Made by a program: the position numbers and the translations under genes. A stretch of 64,000 nt of DNA from an uncultured Prevotella sp. (GTDB taxonomy: Bacteria > Bacteroidota > Bacteroidia > Bacteroidales > Bacteroidaceae): NCBI GenBank assembly GCA_945787895.1, contig CALZJQ010000002.1, positions 1,853-65,852 of the forward strand, read 5' to 3'. Below the pieces are notes generated by a model. That model did not search any database. It worked only from the letters and a program-made list of their open reading frames with translations, and was not told the DNA's origin. Below are positions 18,560 to 27,620 of this stretch, piece after piece (the stretch's first letter is position 1; every line of letters begins with the position of its first letter).

Positions 18560-21500
18560 TTACTCCACCACAACATTAATTCCTCTTGCAGTTCCTGCAA
18601 ACTCTGGGGCGTAAGCACATTGTGCCGTGGCTGTACCAGAGGTGAAATCGCCCGAGCGTGAGACGTAATAGTCGGTCGTGATGATATGCTTTCCTTTGCG
18701 TAAAGCATTGAAATGATACTGCGACTGCGAGTCGCGCATCACCTGATAGCATCCATTACGATAGCCAGAGAGCTGAGTTACCGGCTCAAGACAGGCAGGG
18801 CGGCGGTCGGTAATGGTGACGAAGTCATAGTCACGGTCCGCTATTACCGTAATGGTCACGGTGACCTTATCACCCACCTTGTATGCTCCGGGGGAGAGTT
18901 CACGCTGTATGGAGATGCCGTTTGCGAGATTCTTTGCCTCGACTGACGGTACGACATACTGCATATAGACGTTCGCCCACGACTCTCCATCGCTCTGCTT
19001 GTCTATCTTCAATGAACTGTCGGGAGCCGGACGGTCTGCTATTTCCTTGACTACCTTCTCATACCCCAGCGCATAAGTGTCAGCCTGAGGCTTGAGGACC
19101 TCTCCGCCAAAACTGATGTCAGTCTGCATTCTATGACGCAGCCGGATGCCGTTTCCAAGGAATGCATATATTGCATTGACTGCATTGAGAGGCGTGTCCC
19201 AAGCCTGAGTGCGCTTGCTCTGCAGAAGCCACCTCTGCATCTCAGTGACATACTGGCGCTGTTCGGGTCTGACAGCCTTGAGAGCTTCGATGACAGACAC
19301 CTGAGTAGGGATGCGGTAGTCAGCCCAGTAGTATGCCGCACGATAGGAATCGAAATACCTTCCCATATCTTCACGATAGACAGTGTGTTCCAGGATGCTC
19401 TGCAGGTATTCGTCAGCCTGAGACTTTTTGCCGAAGCGAGACAGTATGACTGAAGCGTCAGCCTTGACCTGCATATCACTCTTGCCTGTATTCCTGACAA
19501 GATAATCCATCATGTAATCCACCGAAGCCTTGGCAGAAGCACTCATCTTTTCATCATACAAGGCACGGCAGTAGAGATAACGGAGATTGAAGTGACTGAG
19601 GTAAGGCACGTTCTTCTTCCTCTTTGTCTCCTTCATGCGCTTCACGTCCTCTGCAATCTCCTTGTCGAGATAAGCGAAAGCCTTGGTCAAGAGCGTGCGG
19701 TAACCGTCACTGCTGCCGGTCATTGCATTCAACCGGAGCAATGTCTCCGTGACTGCCACCGTCATATAGCGGCTGCCCTGCATTCCTTTCCACCATGCGA
19801 ACGACCCGTCAGGGAGTTGCAGGTCAGCAAGATGCTTCAAGGCGAAGGCCTTTCGTGAAGCAAGGAGCGACCTGTCGAAGAGGCTGAAGAGCTGTTTCCG
19901 TGCCGCCGTCTCATTGTCTGCCGCCGTCATCCACGGAGTCTCTGCAAGTATGGTACGGTGCAGTTCCTCATTCTTCGCAAGAGGTGACTCAAGGGAGGAA
20001 TAGTCTTTTGTCCATTTCTCCACAGCCTTCATTATGTCGGGATTGGACTGTGCGATATGTGAAGCGAGGCTGTTGGCATAATAAGCCGTGACGAGGGATA
20101 TGGCATTGTCCTCTGAGGGGTCTGCTATCTGCGGCAACGCCTGCACCATCAGCCACTCAGGAGCATCTGTATATTCCACCGTCATCCTGCCTTGCCGGGC
20201 ATTGCCGGGCAGCATCCGTGCAACATCCACATCCTTCGTACCCCGCTCTGTGAGTACGACAGTGCGGGTTTCGGTAACCATCTCCTTTGCAGAGAGCACA
20301 GGGAGATAATGCTGTTCCCCGTCGCTGAAAGTGCCGCCATCGGCAATATACTTCACTATGAGCACCTTGCCCTCAAGCCCCTTTGAGTCGATGGCGAAGG
20401 AGACTGCGGACGATTCGCCTGCTTTCACCTTTATTTTTTTATGGAACACTGCGATATTTTTCTCTGTCTCTGCATCGAGGACCGTCATGCTCACCTTGAC
20501 ATCGAGCGCTGTTTCCGTCAGGTTGGAGAGAGTGGCAGGGACGGAGCAGCGGTCTCCCTCACGCATGAAACGCGGCAGTCGAGGCTGTACCATCAGTTGT
20601 TTCTGAGCCACCACCTCATCCTTCATCATGCCAAAGCGCAAGTCTCTGTCGTTGGCAAAGGCGAGGAAACGCCACGTCGTCACGCTCTCGGGGAGGGTGA
20701 ACGAAAGTGTTGCAATGCCGTCTGCCCCACTCTTCACGTTGGAAAGGAAGAAAGCTGTCTCACCAAGGTTTTCCCTCACGGCAATGGTCTCAACAGGACT
20801 GCCTGCCTGCTCATCGTATGCCGCAGACTGCTTTGCCTCAACTCTGTCGTCGCTGCTTACAGCCTCCTCCATATCCATGGCAACCATGGGAGAAGCCGCC
20901 TTTGCCATCATCAGCTTGCCTGTCACGATACGGTTGGAGGTCCTGAGGTTGCCGCGTGTAAATCTGACATTTCCTCCGGCACCTGCATTTCCGTACAGTC
21001 CGACATACTGGCAATATCCACAATCCAAGTACTTGCCATCAAAGGCATCGTAAGCCAAAAGCCTGCTGTCAAGAGGCTTACAGTCGGCCTCGGCAAAGAA
21101 TGTTTCTTGGAAGAAACGGTTGCAGGCCCAGTTCTGTGCCGTGGTACGCAGGTATCGCGGGTCATTGAAAGTCCACGAGAAAGGCTTGACGGCATCGAGC
21201 GACTTGTCGTAAAGCGTCGCCATAAGGTTGGCCTTGGCAGGCTTTCCCTGCGAGTCGGTCACGCTGAGAGCCCATGTCTCCTTCTGTCCCGGAGAGAGAC
21301 GGTTGCGGAAAGTGGTCCATTTCAGGTTGAGGTTCTTCTCTGGAAGCGGACGGCGGATGACTGCGGAATGCTCATACAGCTCGCCATCCCTTACCCAGGC
21401 TACTGAAAAGTTGATGAAATCTCCATACTCTTCCCTGTACTCAAACCGTCGCGTCACGAGCGTAGAGTCAAGCCTTACAGCTCCCGACTCCACCACTTCT

Positions 21501-24139
21501 CCGTCATGGAAGAGGGAGTAGTAGGCGTATGTGTCACGACTTGCCGTGCCAAACTGCACATATACAGGTTCTCCTTTCTTGCCTGAGAATGTCTCTGCAG
21601 AGTGATAATACCAGTCGGGAGTATCCACGACAGGGCATTTGTCCGTCATGCTGAACAGGACAAAGGTATGCTTCAAAGTATCTTTCTCACAGACTGCGAG
21701 GAGGGAATGCTTGCCGGAAGCAAGGTTCTCGGGCAGGGGCAACGGCTGACCAACCTCTACTGCAAAGGGCTTTTCCCCGTCTATTGACACCATGACAGTG
21801 CCCTTAATCTCCGTTCCAGCCTGATTGAGACGGGTGAATGTTACCACGTTTGCCGTGTCACGGAGCATCTTGTCCCTGATATTGGACGTGAGGAGAGACT
21901 TGCGGTTGCTGACAGGAAGCGACAAGGAGGCCGAGTGGGACTCACCGGCGATGTCCGTCACCGTGGCTTCTGCCACTATGTCATAGAACATTGGAGGGAA
22001 TATCCACGCCCCCTTTCCGTTACTGCGGTCCATGTCGCCTGCCTCTTCGGGCAGCAACATAGGCATACGTATCTCGAAATTGCCCGATGCGTCGGTTGAG
22101 ACGGTGTCGGTAAGGAGCAGGTCATTGCGCAGCGTCCTCCCTGCCCGCCACCATGACTCCTGCCTTTTCACCACATAGACCACCTTGGCATTGCTCACAG
22201 GCACGCCGCTGTAGGTCTTGGCCTTGCCGCTGACACCAAGGGTGTCGCCATTGGAATAATTCGTTTCCGGACGGGAAATGCTGACCTCAAACGTAGGTCT
22301 GGCGTACTCTTCCACATGGAAATACGTCCTCATACGGTCTCCCATGACGGAGTATCTGCCGTTCAGACCCTTCCCAGGAAGCTCAAACTCCGCAGAAGCC
22401 ACGCCGTCCTCATCGGTGGTAACCTCCGTCTCTGCTATTTTATTATAGTTGGCATCGTACAGCTTCAAGCGCACTTTCTTCTTCGCATTGACGGCAGTCT
22501 CCGTCCCGCGGGTAAGCCTGTACGAGAGGACGGAAACGTGAACCGTCTGTCCCGGACGATAAATGCCACGGTCGGTAAACAGTCTTTCGTAGTCAGAAGC
22601 ATTCGCCGCTGCATTCTTGCTCATGAAGTTGTTCCACAACGAAGCATAAGCCAGGGCGTCGTCATCACCGTGGGAGGCTGAGACGAGGAAATCGCTGGTC
22701 TTACCATCACAGACATACTCGCCCCTTGAATTGGTATGATAGACAGCCTCCTTGTCTTTCTGCCTGTTCCAAAGCTGCAGTCTTGCGCCGGAGACAGGTT
22801 TCCCGGTCGTCGCATTCACCACTACATAGCGTGTCTTTTCCTTTGACAGAGGCAGGGAAATCACCTTCAGGTCGGAGACGAAGACAAGGAAACCGGCATC
22901 GTCCATGCGCTTTCCGTCACAGGTAACGGCGACATAATACGTACCGTAAGGAAGATTGCCGATGAAGATTGAGTCACTGAAAAGTTCATGTTCAGGATGC
23001 TTCTCAAGGGTTTTCTCTATCCTTGCAATAGGTTTCTTAGAGAGGTAAGGCTTGACGATGCGGCAGTTTCGCTCAGACATAGCCTTCTCCAAGGTCATGC
23101 GCGGACAACCCTTGACAGGGGTGACGTCGAGCTGAAGGCGGGATACATTCCTTATTCTCCGCAGGGGAAGCATTGCCCGCTGACCGCTCCTTATCTGCCT
23201 TGACGGCACGATGATGGAGATTTGCGGCAATATGAGCTGCTGTCTCTCGTTGCGCAGGAAATTCATCTCCCTCCAACTGCCCCATCTCTGCAATGCCTCA
23301 TCAATCCACTCTACCATATCCTTTGGCTTTTCCAGCAGCCTATACTTCTGAATAGCCAAGGCTCCGCACTCCTGCAAGTCGGAGAACAGGAGAATCAGCG
23401 AGTCGGCCTTTGCTTCCAAAGCCTTTCTGTCACGGCACGTTTCCGCCATTCCTTCTATCATCCTTGCACTCATCATGCACGCCGCCTTCCGGTCTCCAGC
23501 ACTGAGATAATGGTCGATAAGCGGCTGGCAGTCACCAAGGGCGGAGGCAACCACGCTGATTATGTCGTGACTGAAATACTCGCCGCCTTTCTCTTTCCTC
23601 ATCAACGGCTGATAGGAATCCACGCCATCCTGCCTTGTAAGCTGCGCCCGGAGCACATTGTCCGCAAGCAGTTCTGCCACGAGGCTCTTCCTTGCAGCCT
23701 CATTCCCGAACCCTATGTAGTCTCGGTACAGGCCCGTACTGTCAATCTTCTGCCCGCACATCTTCTCCACCTGCCTCATGGCAACGTGGAACATGACGGA
23801 TGCCAGCCTGTCCTTCCCGCACAGATTTCTGTCCCTTGCCAGCATTTTCTGTATGGCAGGGGGAACGGAGTCGGCAGATATTTCCCCTACCCGCTGCATC
23901 TGCATGAAGAGGGAAGCCATGAGATGGCCGTACTGTCTCTCTCTCACCGCCTTGTCCTCAATCTTTCTCAGTGCGGCAAGCGCAGTCTGCGGCTTGTCCT
24001 GTTCCATGGCCTTGTCAGCCTGCTGCCAGAGCGTCTGATACGTCTGTGCAGACAGGGAGAGGGGGAGGAACATGGCTGTCACTGCCATTATTCCCCAGAC
24101 TATCATCCTTTTCATGTATTCATGCTCAGTTTTTGTCAT
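18560..24139 (-). CDS. Bacterial alpha-2-macroglobulin family protein
   Basis: FTDRGIYRPGQTV (MG2), FHVEEYARPTFEV, VRENLGETAFF, LPESVTTWRF, DRRPACLEP, AQCAYAPEF; alternative start at 24115. Confidence 0.92.
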   Translation of the reverse strand: MTKTEHEYMKRMIVWGIMAVTAMFLPLSLSAQTYQTLWQQADKAMEQDKPQTALAALRKIEDKAVRERQYGHLMASLFMQMQRVGEISADSVPPAIQKMLARDRNLCGKDRLASVMFHVAMRQVEKMCGQKIDSTGLYRDYIGFGNEAARKSLVAELLADNVLRAQLTRQDGVDSYQPLMRKEKGGEYFSHDIISVVASALGDCQPLIDHYLSAGDRKAACMMSARMIEGMAETCRDRKALEAKADSLILLFSDLQECGALAIQKYRLLEKPKDMVEWIDEALQRWGSWREMNFLRNERQQLILPQISIIVPSRQIRSGQRAMLPLRRIRNVSRLQLDVTPVKGCPRMTLEKAMSERNCRIVKPYLSKKPIARIEKTLEKHPEHELFSDSIFIGNLPYGTYYVAVTCDGKRMDDAGFLVFVSDLKVISLPLSKEKTRYVVVNATTGKPVSGARLQLWNRQKDKEAVYHTNSRGEYVCDGKTSDFLVSASHGDDDALAYASLWNNFMSKNAAANASDYERLFTDRGIYRPGQTVHVSVLSYRLTRGTETAVNAKKKVRLKLYDANYNKIAETEVTTDEDGVASAEFELPGKGLNGRYSVMGDRMRTYFHVEEYARPTFEVSISRPETNYSNGDTLGVSGKAKTYSGVPVSNAKVVYVVKRQESWWRAGRTLRNDLLLTDTVSTDASGNFEIRMPMLLPEEAGDMDRSNGKGAWIFPPMFYDIVAEATVTDIAGESHSASLSLPVSNRKSLLTSNIRDKMLRDTANVVTFTRLNQAGTEIKGTVMVSIDGEKPFAVEVGQPLPLPENLASGKHSLLAVCEKDTLKHTFVLFSMTDKCPVVDTPDWYYHSAETFSGKKGEPVYVQFGTASRDTYAYYSLFHDGEVVESGAVRLDSTLVTRRFEYREEYGDFINFSVAWVRDGELYEHSAVIRRPLPEKNLNLKWTTFRNRLSPGQKETWALSVTDSQGKPAKANLMATLYDKSLDAVKPFSWTFNDPRYLRTTAQNWACNRFFQETFFAEADCKPLDSRLLAYDAFDGKYLDCGYCQYVGLYGNAGAGGNVRFTRGNLRTSNRIVTGKLMMAKAASPMVAMDMEEAVSSDDRVEAKQSAAYDEQAGSPVETIAVRENLGETAFFLSNVKSGADGIATLSFTLPESVTTWRFLAFANDRDLRFGMMKDEVVAQKQLMVQPRLPRFMREGDRCSVPATLSNLTETALDVKVSMTVLDAETEKNIAVFHKKIKVKAGESSAVSFAIDSKGLEGKVLIVKYIADGGTFSDGEQHYLPVLSAKEMVTETRTVVLTERGTKDVDVARMLPGNARQGRMTVEYTDAPEWLMVQALPQIADPSEDNAISLVTAYYANSLASHIAQSNPDIMKAVEKWTKDYSSLESPLAKNEELHRTILAETPWMTAADNETAARKQLFSLFDRSLLASRKAFALKHLADLQLPDGSFAWWKGMQGSRYMTVAVTETLLRLNAMTGSSDGYRTLLTKAFAYLDKEIAEDVKRMKETKRKKNVPYLSHFNLRYLYCRALYDEKMSASAKASVDYMMDYLVRNTGKSDMQVKADASVILSRFGKKSQADEYLQSILEHTVYREDMGRYFDSYRAAYYWADYRIPTQVSVIEALKAVRPEQRQYVTEMQRWLLQSKRTQAWDTPLNAVNAIYAFLGNGIRLRHRMQTDISFGGEVLKPQADTYALGYEKVVKEIADRPAPDSSLKIDKQSDGESWANVYMQYVVPSVEAKNLANGISIQRELSPGAYKVGDKVTVTITVIADRDYDFVTITDRRPACLEPVTQLSGYRNGCYQVMRDSQSQYHFNALRKGKHIITTDYYVSRSGDFTSGTATAQCAYAPEFAGTARGINVVVE

Positions 24140-24190
24140 TTCTTTTTTCTCTTTTTGGTTCTTGATGCCCTTCTGCCGTCATTCTCCTCC

Positions 24191-24217
24191 GTGCTCTTCG
24201 ACCTGGTCGAAGAGTAC
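24191..24217. repeat. REP-like 27-bp palindrome
   Basis: GTGCTCTTCGACC-T-GGTCGAAGAGTAC; second copy at 39534-39560. Confidence 0.8.
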
Positions 24218-24261
24218 CAGGCCCACCAACAACCCACAACCAAAAACCAAAAACCAGGAAA

Positions 24262-25359
24262 TCACTTCGTACCGACAATCTTAGTCGGAGCCTTTTCCTT
24301 ATTTCTCCTATTGACTACGGTCACCACGCTCTGTGCGAGAGCGAGGAAAGCCTGTCCAGTGACGGAGGCAACGTCAAGGGCTGCGGGAGTGCCTGCGTCG
24401 CCGTTCTCGCATATTCCCTGCACGAGAGGTATCTGGGCAAGCAGGGGGACGTTCATCTCCTGTGCAAGGTTCTTGCATCCCTCCTTTCCAAAGATGTAGT
24501 AACGGTTCTCGGGCAGCTCAGCAGGGGTAAACCATGCCATGTTCTCCACCAGTCCGAGTATGGGCACGTTGACCTTGTCGTTGGTGTACATATCAATACC
24601 TTTGCGTGCATCGGCAAGCGCCACCTGCTGGGGAGTGCTTACGATGATAGCCCCCGTGATGGCGAGGGTCTGAAGGAGGGAGAGGTGGATGTCGCTCGTT
24701 CCGGGCGGGGTATCGAGGATAAAATAGTCAAGCTCTCCCCAGTCAGCGTCAGCGATGAGCTGCTTCAGGGCGGAGCAGGCCATGCCTCCGCGCCACAATG
24801 TCGCAGTATCTTTATTGACGAAGAAGCCGATGCTGAGAAGTTTTACACCATATTGCTCCACGGGTACGATGAGCTGCCTGCCGTCCTTCTCCTCCGCCCA
24901 GGGCCTCGCATCCTCCACGTTGAACATCTTAGGTATCGAGGGTCCGAAGATGTCAGTGTCGAGGAGACCGACCTTGTAGCCCAGACGGGCGAGCGAGATG
25001 GCAAGGTTGGCAGAGACGGTGCTCTTGCCTACCCCACCCTTGCCGGAACTGACGGCAATGACATTCTTCACCTGCGGAAGCAGCTTCCCTATTTCCGGAC
25101 GTGGAGCAGACTTGTATTCCAGCCCTATCTCCACTTCCACTTCCTTGCCTACATAGTAATGAATCGCAGCCTCAGCAGCCTTCACGGTGGATTTGAGGAA
25201 AGGATCGGTCTCACGGGGAAAGACAAGCACGATCTTCACCTTGTTTCCATTGATGCTTGGAGTATCAGCAAGCATCTCGCTTTCAATGAGGTTCTTCTTC
25301 GTGCCTGCATAGGTCACGGTAGCCAAAGCGTCCGTTATCAGTTTTGGATATAATGTCAT
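24262..25359 (-). CDS. Mrp/NBP35 (ApbC) Fe-S cluster carrier ATPase
   Basis: SSGKGGVGKSTVS, DTDIFGPS, WRGGMA, DTPPGTSD, TPQ, VENMA; TAACTTTG promoter at 25388-25395. Confidence 0.93.
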   Translation of the reverse strand: MTLYPKLITDALATVTYAGTKKNLIESEMLADTPSINGNKVKIVLVFPRETDPFLKSTVKAAEAAIHYYVGKEVEVEIGLEYKSAPRPEIGKLLPQVKNVIAVSSGKGGVGKSTVSANLAISLARLGYKVGLLDTDIFGPSIPKMFNVEDARPWAEEKDGRQLIVPVEQYGVKLLSIGFFVNKDTATLWRGGMACSALKQLIADADWGELDYFILDTPPGTSDIHLSLLQTLAITGAIIVSTPQQVALADARKGIDMYTNDKVNVPILGLVENMAWFTPAELPENRYYIFGKEGCKNLAQEMNVPLLAQIPLVQGICENGDAGTPAALDVASVTGQAFLALAQSVVTVVNRRNKEKAPTKIVGTK

Positions 25360-25638
25360 AATGTATAATATTTTTTCTTTCGTTGTGCAAAGTTACGAAT
25401 AAAAAAGGCAATTTGCCAAAAATATATAGTGAAAAAAGGTTATTGTACGTTGATGTGGGCAAATCAGGAAAATATCACAGCTATGACGTTTCTACACTTT
25501 AATAGCTTCAAGGATTTCACAGCCTTTTCCTGTTTTCCAGTCAAGAAAAACGCAATCAAGACACAAAAGCGCAGAATTACAGATGGTATAATCGCCCATT
25601 TCATCGAAAATACAAAGATATCAGCACACAATATCAAA

Positions 25639-25776
25639 GCTTTTGAGAGGTAAAAGCCAAGTTATTGGATAGTAATAGCTAAGGTATTGCAATATGAAAG
25701 GATTGCTTTTGCAATTCAAAAAAAACTTCCTCGAAAAACATAATTTTACAAACCGCTGTATTACAGACATTTACAA
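25639..25776. repeat. 22-bp-periodic repeat element with terminal palindrome
   Basis: GCTTTTG/GTTATTG/GGTATTG/GCTTTTG at 25639, 25661, 25683, 25705; CTGTA-T-TACAG palindrome at 25756-25766. Confidence 0.65.
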
Positions 25777-25996
25777 AATAAGCAAAATTTCCAAAAAAAA
25801 CATCCGACTGTCATCCAGTCAGCAAAATTTTCCAAGGATTTTATTTTCTTCCTGTCATTATTGTATTATACAGGCATCACGACAACACTTTCTTGACTAA
25901 CAAAAGTAGAATCCAACATTGTCAGCAAACCAAGTTGTATTTCTTACTCCACAATGACGGCTGCTGGCAGATTGTCATAAAAAAAAAATCAAATAT

Positions 25997-26027
25997 TTTG
26001 GAATGTCACCATATTTTATTATCTTTG
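25997..26027 (+). promoter_or_regulatory. Bacteroidota promoter for the TlpA gene
   Basis: TTTG(-33)…TATCTTTG(-7). Confidence 0.7.
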
Positions 26028-26116
26028 CAACAGAAATGACCGCTGACAACAGTGACGACGTTGGAGCATTACACGAAAGAGCCTTAAAAGCAAACAAAAT
26101 CAGAGTAAGACAAAGC

Positions 26117-27487
26117 ATGAAAACTACAGAAAAAATACAATCAATGAGAAGGATGGCGTCAAGGACAATTTGCCTTATGACACTGCTGTCGCTATCATTG
26201 TCCTGCTATTCCCAGGAAAAGAAAATCACCCTTTCCTTTGGCTCTCCAGCCGAACTGGAAGGATGTACAATGTACCTCAAGCCCCTCACTGCAGAAAGCA
26301 ATGCAGAGAGCATTGCCATGACCAAAGAGGGAGGAAACAGCACTGCCACCGTGAAATCTTCGCCTGTGAGCTTGTACATGATAGCCTGCGTGCGCAACAA
26401 CACTCAAATCCTTTCCACCATCCATGCGGAAGGAGAACAGCCTGCGACAATCCCGGTAAAGTTTCAGGACAGCAACATCGTTGCTACGGACACAGAAAAC
26501 AACAGGGCGATAAGCAGTTATGCCGTATGCGAAACCGAAGGCATGAAGGCCCTTTGGAGCGGCACTCAGAATCCTGACGAGCTGAAAGGCATCATCCTCC
26601 GCACGAAATCCAAGGCAGACTCCATCCTCTCCGCCCATCGATGCAGTCAGGACATAGCGGAATACATAAAGATGTGGGCAAATGTCACGGCCGGGAAAGC
26701 ATACTCGTCACTGCCGCACATCATGAGGTGCAAGGCGTCGGAGATACCTTTCAGCATAGAAGACGTGATGGGAAACCCAAAAGATTTGTTTGACAACCCA
26801 CGCGCCCTTCTCTTTCCCGAGACCGTAGGACTAATCTCTTCCTTCATCCCCCGCGACAAGCCCCTTACCGAACAGCTGGGATGGATCAACGAGAATTTCA
26901 AGTGCAAGGATGTAAGTGACAAGGTAAGCGACGGCATACTCAACGGCTACGTCTCCCGCTTCGACTACGCAGGGAAGTATGAGCAGGGACTTGCCATGCT
27001 CAAGGAAGCCACGGAGAAATATCAGCTCGACGGAAAATACCTGAAGAAATTCATATCCAACCGGGCCACAATCCAAGGCAGCCCGTTCCCCGAAGGACTC
27101 ACCTTCACCGACAAGGAGGGCAAGACACATACGATAGATGAGTTCAAGGGGAAATACATCTACATCGACCTCTGGGCTTCATGGTGTGTACCGTGCTGCA
27201 AGGAAGTGCCGCACCTGCAGGCATTGGAAAAGGAACTGGACAATCCCAACGTCGTATTCCTCTCCATTTCCATAGACCAGAAGGCACAGCCCTGGCTGAA
27301 AAAGATGGAAGAACTCAACATGCACGGCAATCAATGGCATGACGCAAAGAGCACACTCCCCTCCCTGCTCAACGTCCGCGGCATCCCCTTCTTCCTCATC
27401 TATGACAAAGAAGGCAGACTGTACCAATACAATGCGCCGCGTCCAAGCCATCCGCAACTGAAAGCCTTGCTTGAGGAACTGAAATAA
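26117..27487 (+). CDS. Exported TlpA-family thiol-disulfide oxidoreductase
   Basis: Signal peptide; C-terminal YIDLWASWCVPCCKE, FLSISID, GIPFFLIYDKEG; start placed downstream of the promoter (26117 or 26144). Confidence 0.88.
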   Translation: MKTTEKIQSMRRMASRTICLMTLLSLSLSCYSQEKKITLSFGSPAELEGCTMYLKPLTAESNAESIAMTKEGGNSTATVKSSPVSLYMIACVRNNTQILSTIHAEGEQPATIPVKFQDSNIVATDTENNRAISSYAVCETEGMKALWSGTQNPDELKGIILRTKSKADSILSAHRCSQDIAEYIKMWANVTAGKAYSSLPHIMRCKASEIPFSIEDVMGNPKDLFDNPRALLFPETVGLISSFIPRDKPLTEQLGWINENFKCKDVSDKVSDGILNGYVSRFDYAGKYEQGLAMLKEATEKYQLDGKYLKKFISNRATIQGSPFPEGLTFTDKEGKTHTIDEFKGKYIYIDLWASWCVPCCKEVPHLQALEKELDNPNVVFLSISIDQKAQPWLKKMEELNMHGNQWHDAKSTLPSLLNVRGIPFFLIYDKEGRLYQYNAPRPSHPQLKALLEELK

Positions 27488-27620
27488 GGGGTTCAAGAAA
27501 AAAAACTCACGTCGAACAATTAACGAATCAGCCGGTCTTTCCATACCAGCACTATGTATCCGTATCAATATTTCCGAAAAAACACATTCACTTTTTATTA
27601 ATTACAAAAACAATAGGCAA

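Noticed and set aside
20441-24499. Long plus-strand ORFs (321 aa and 425 aa) opposite the alpha-2-macroglobulin gene
   Set aside because: Antisense shadows of a well-supported gene, with no recognisable motifs.
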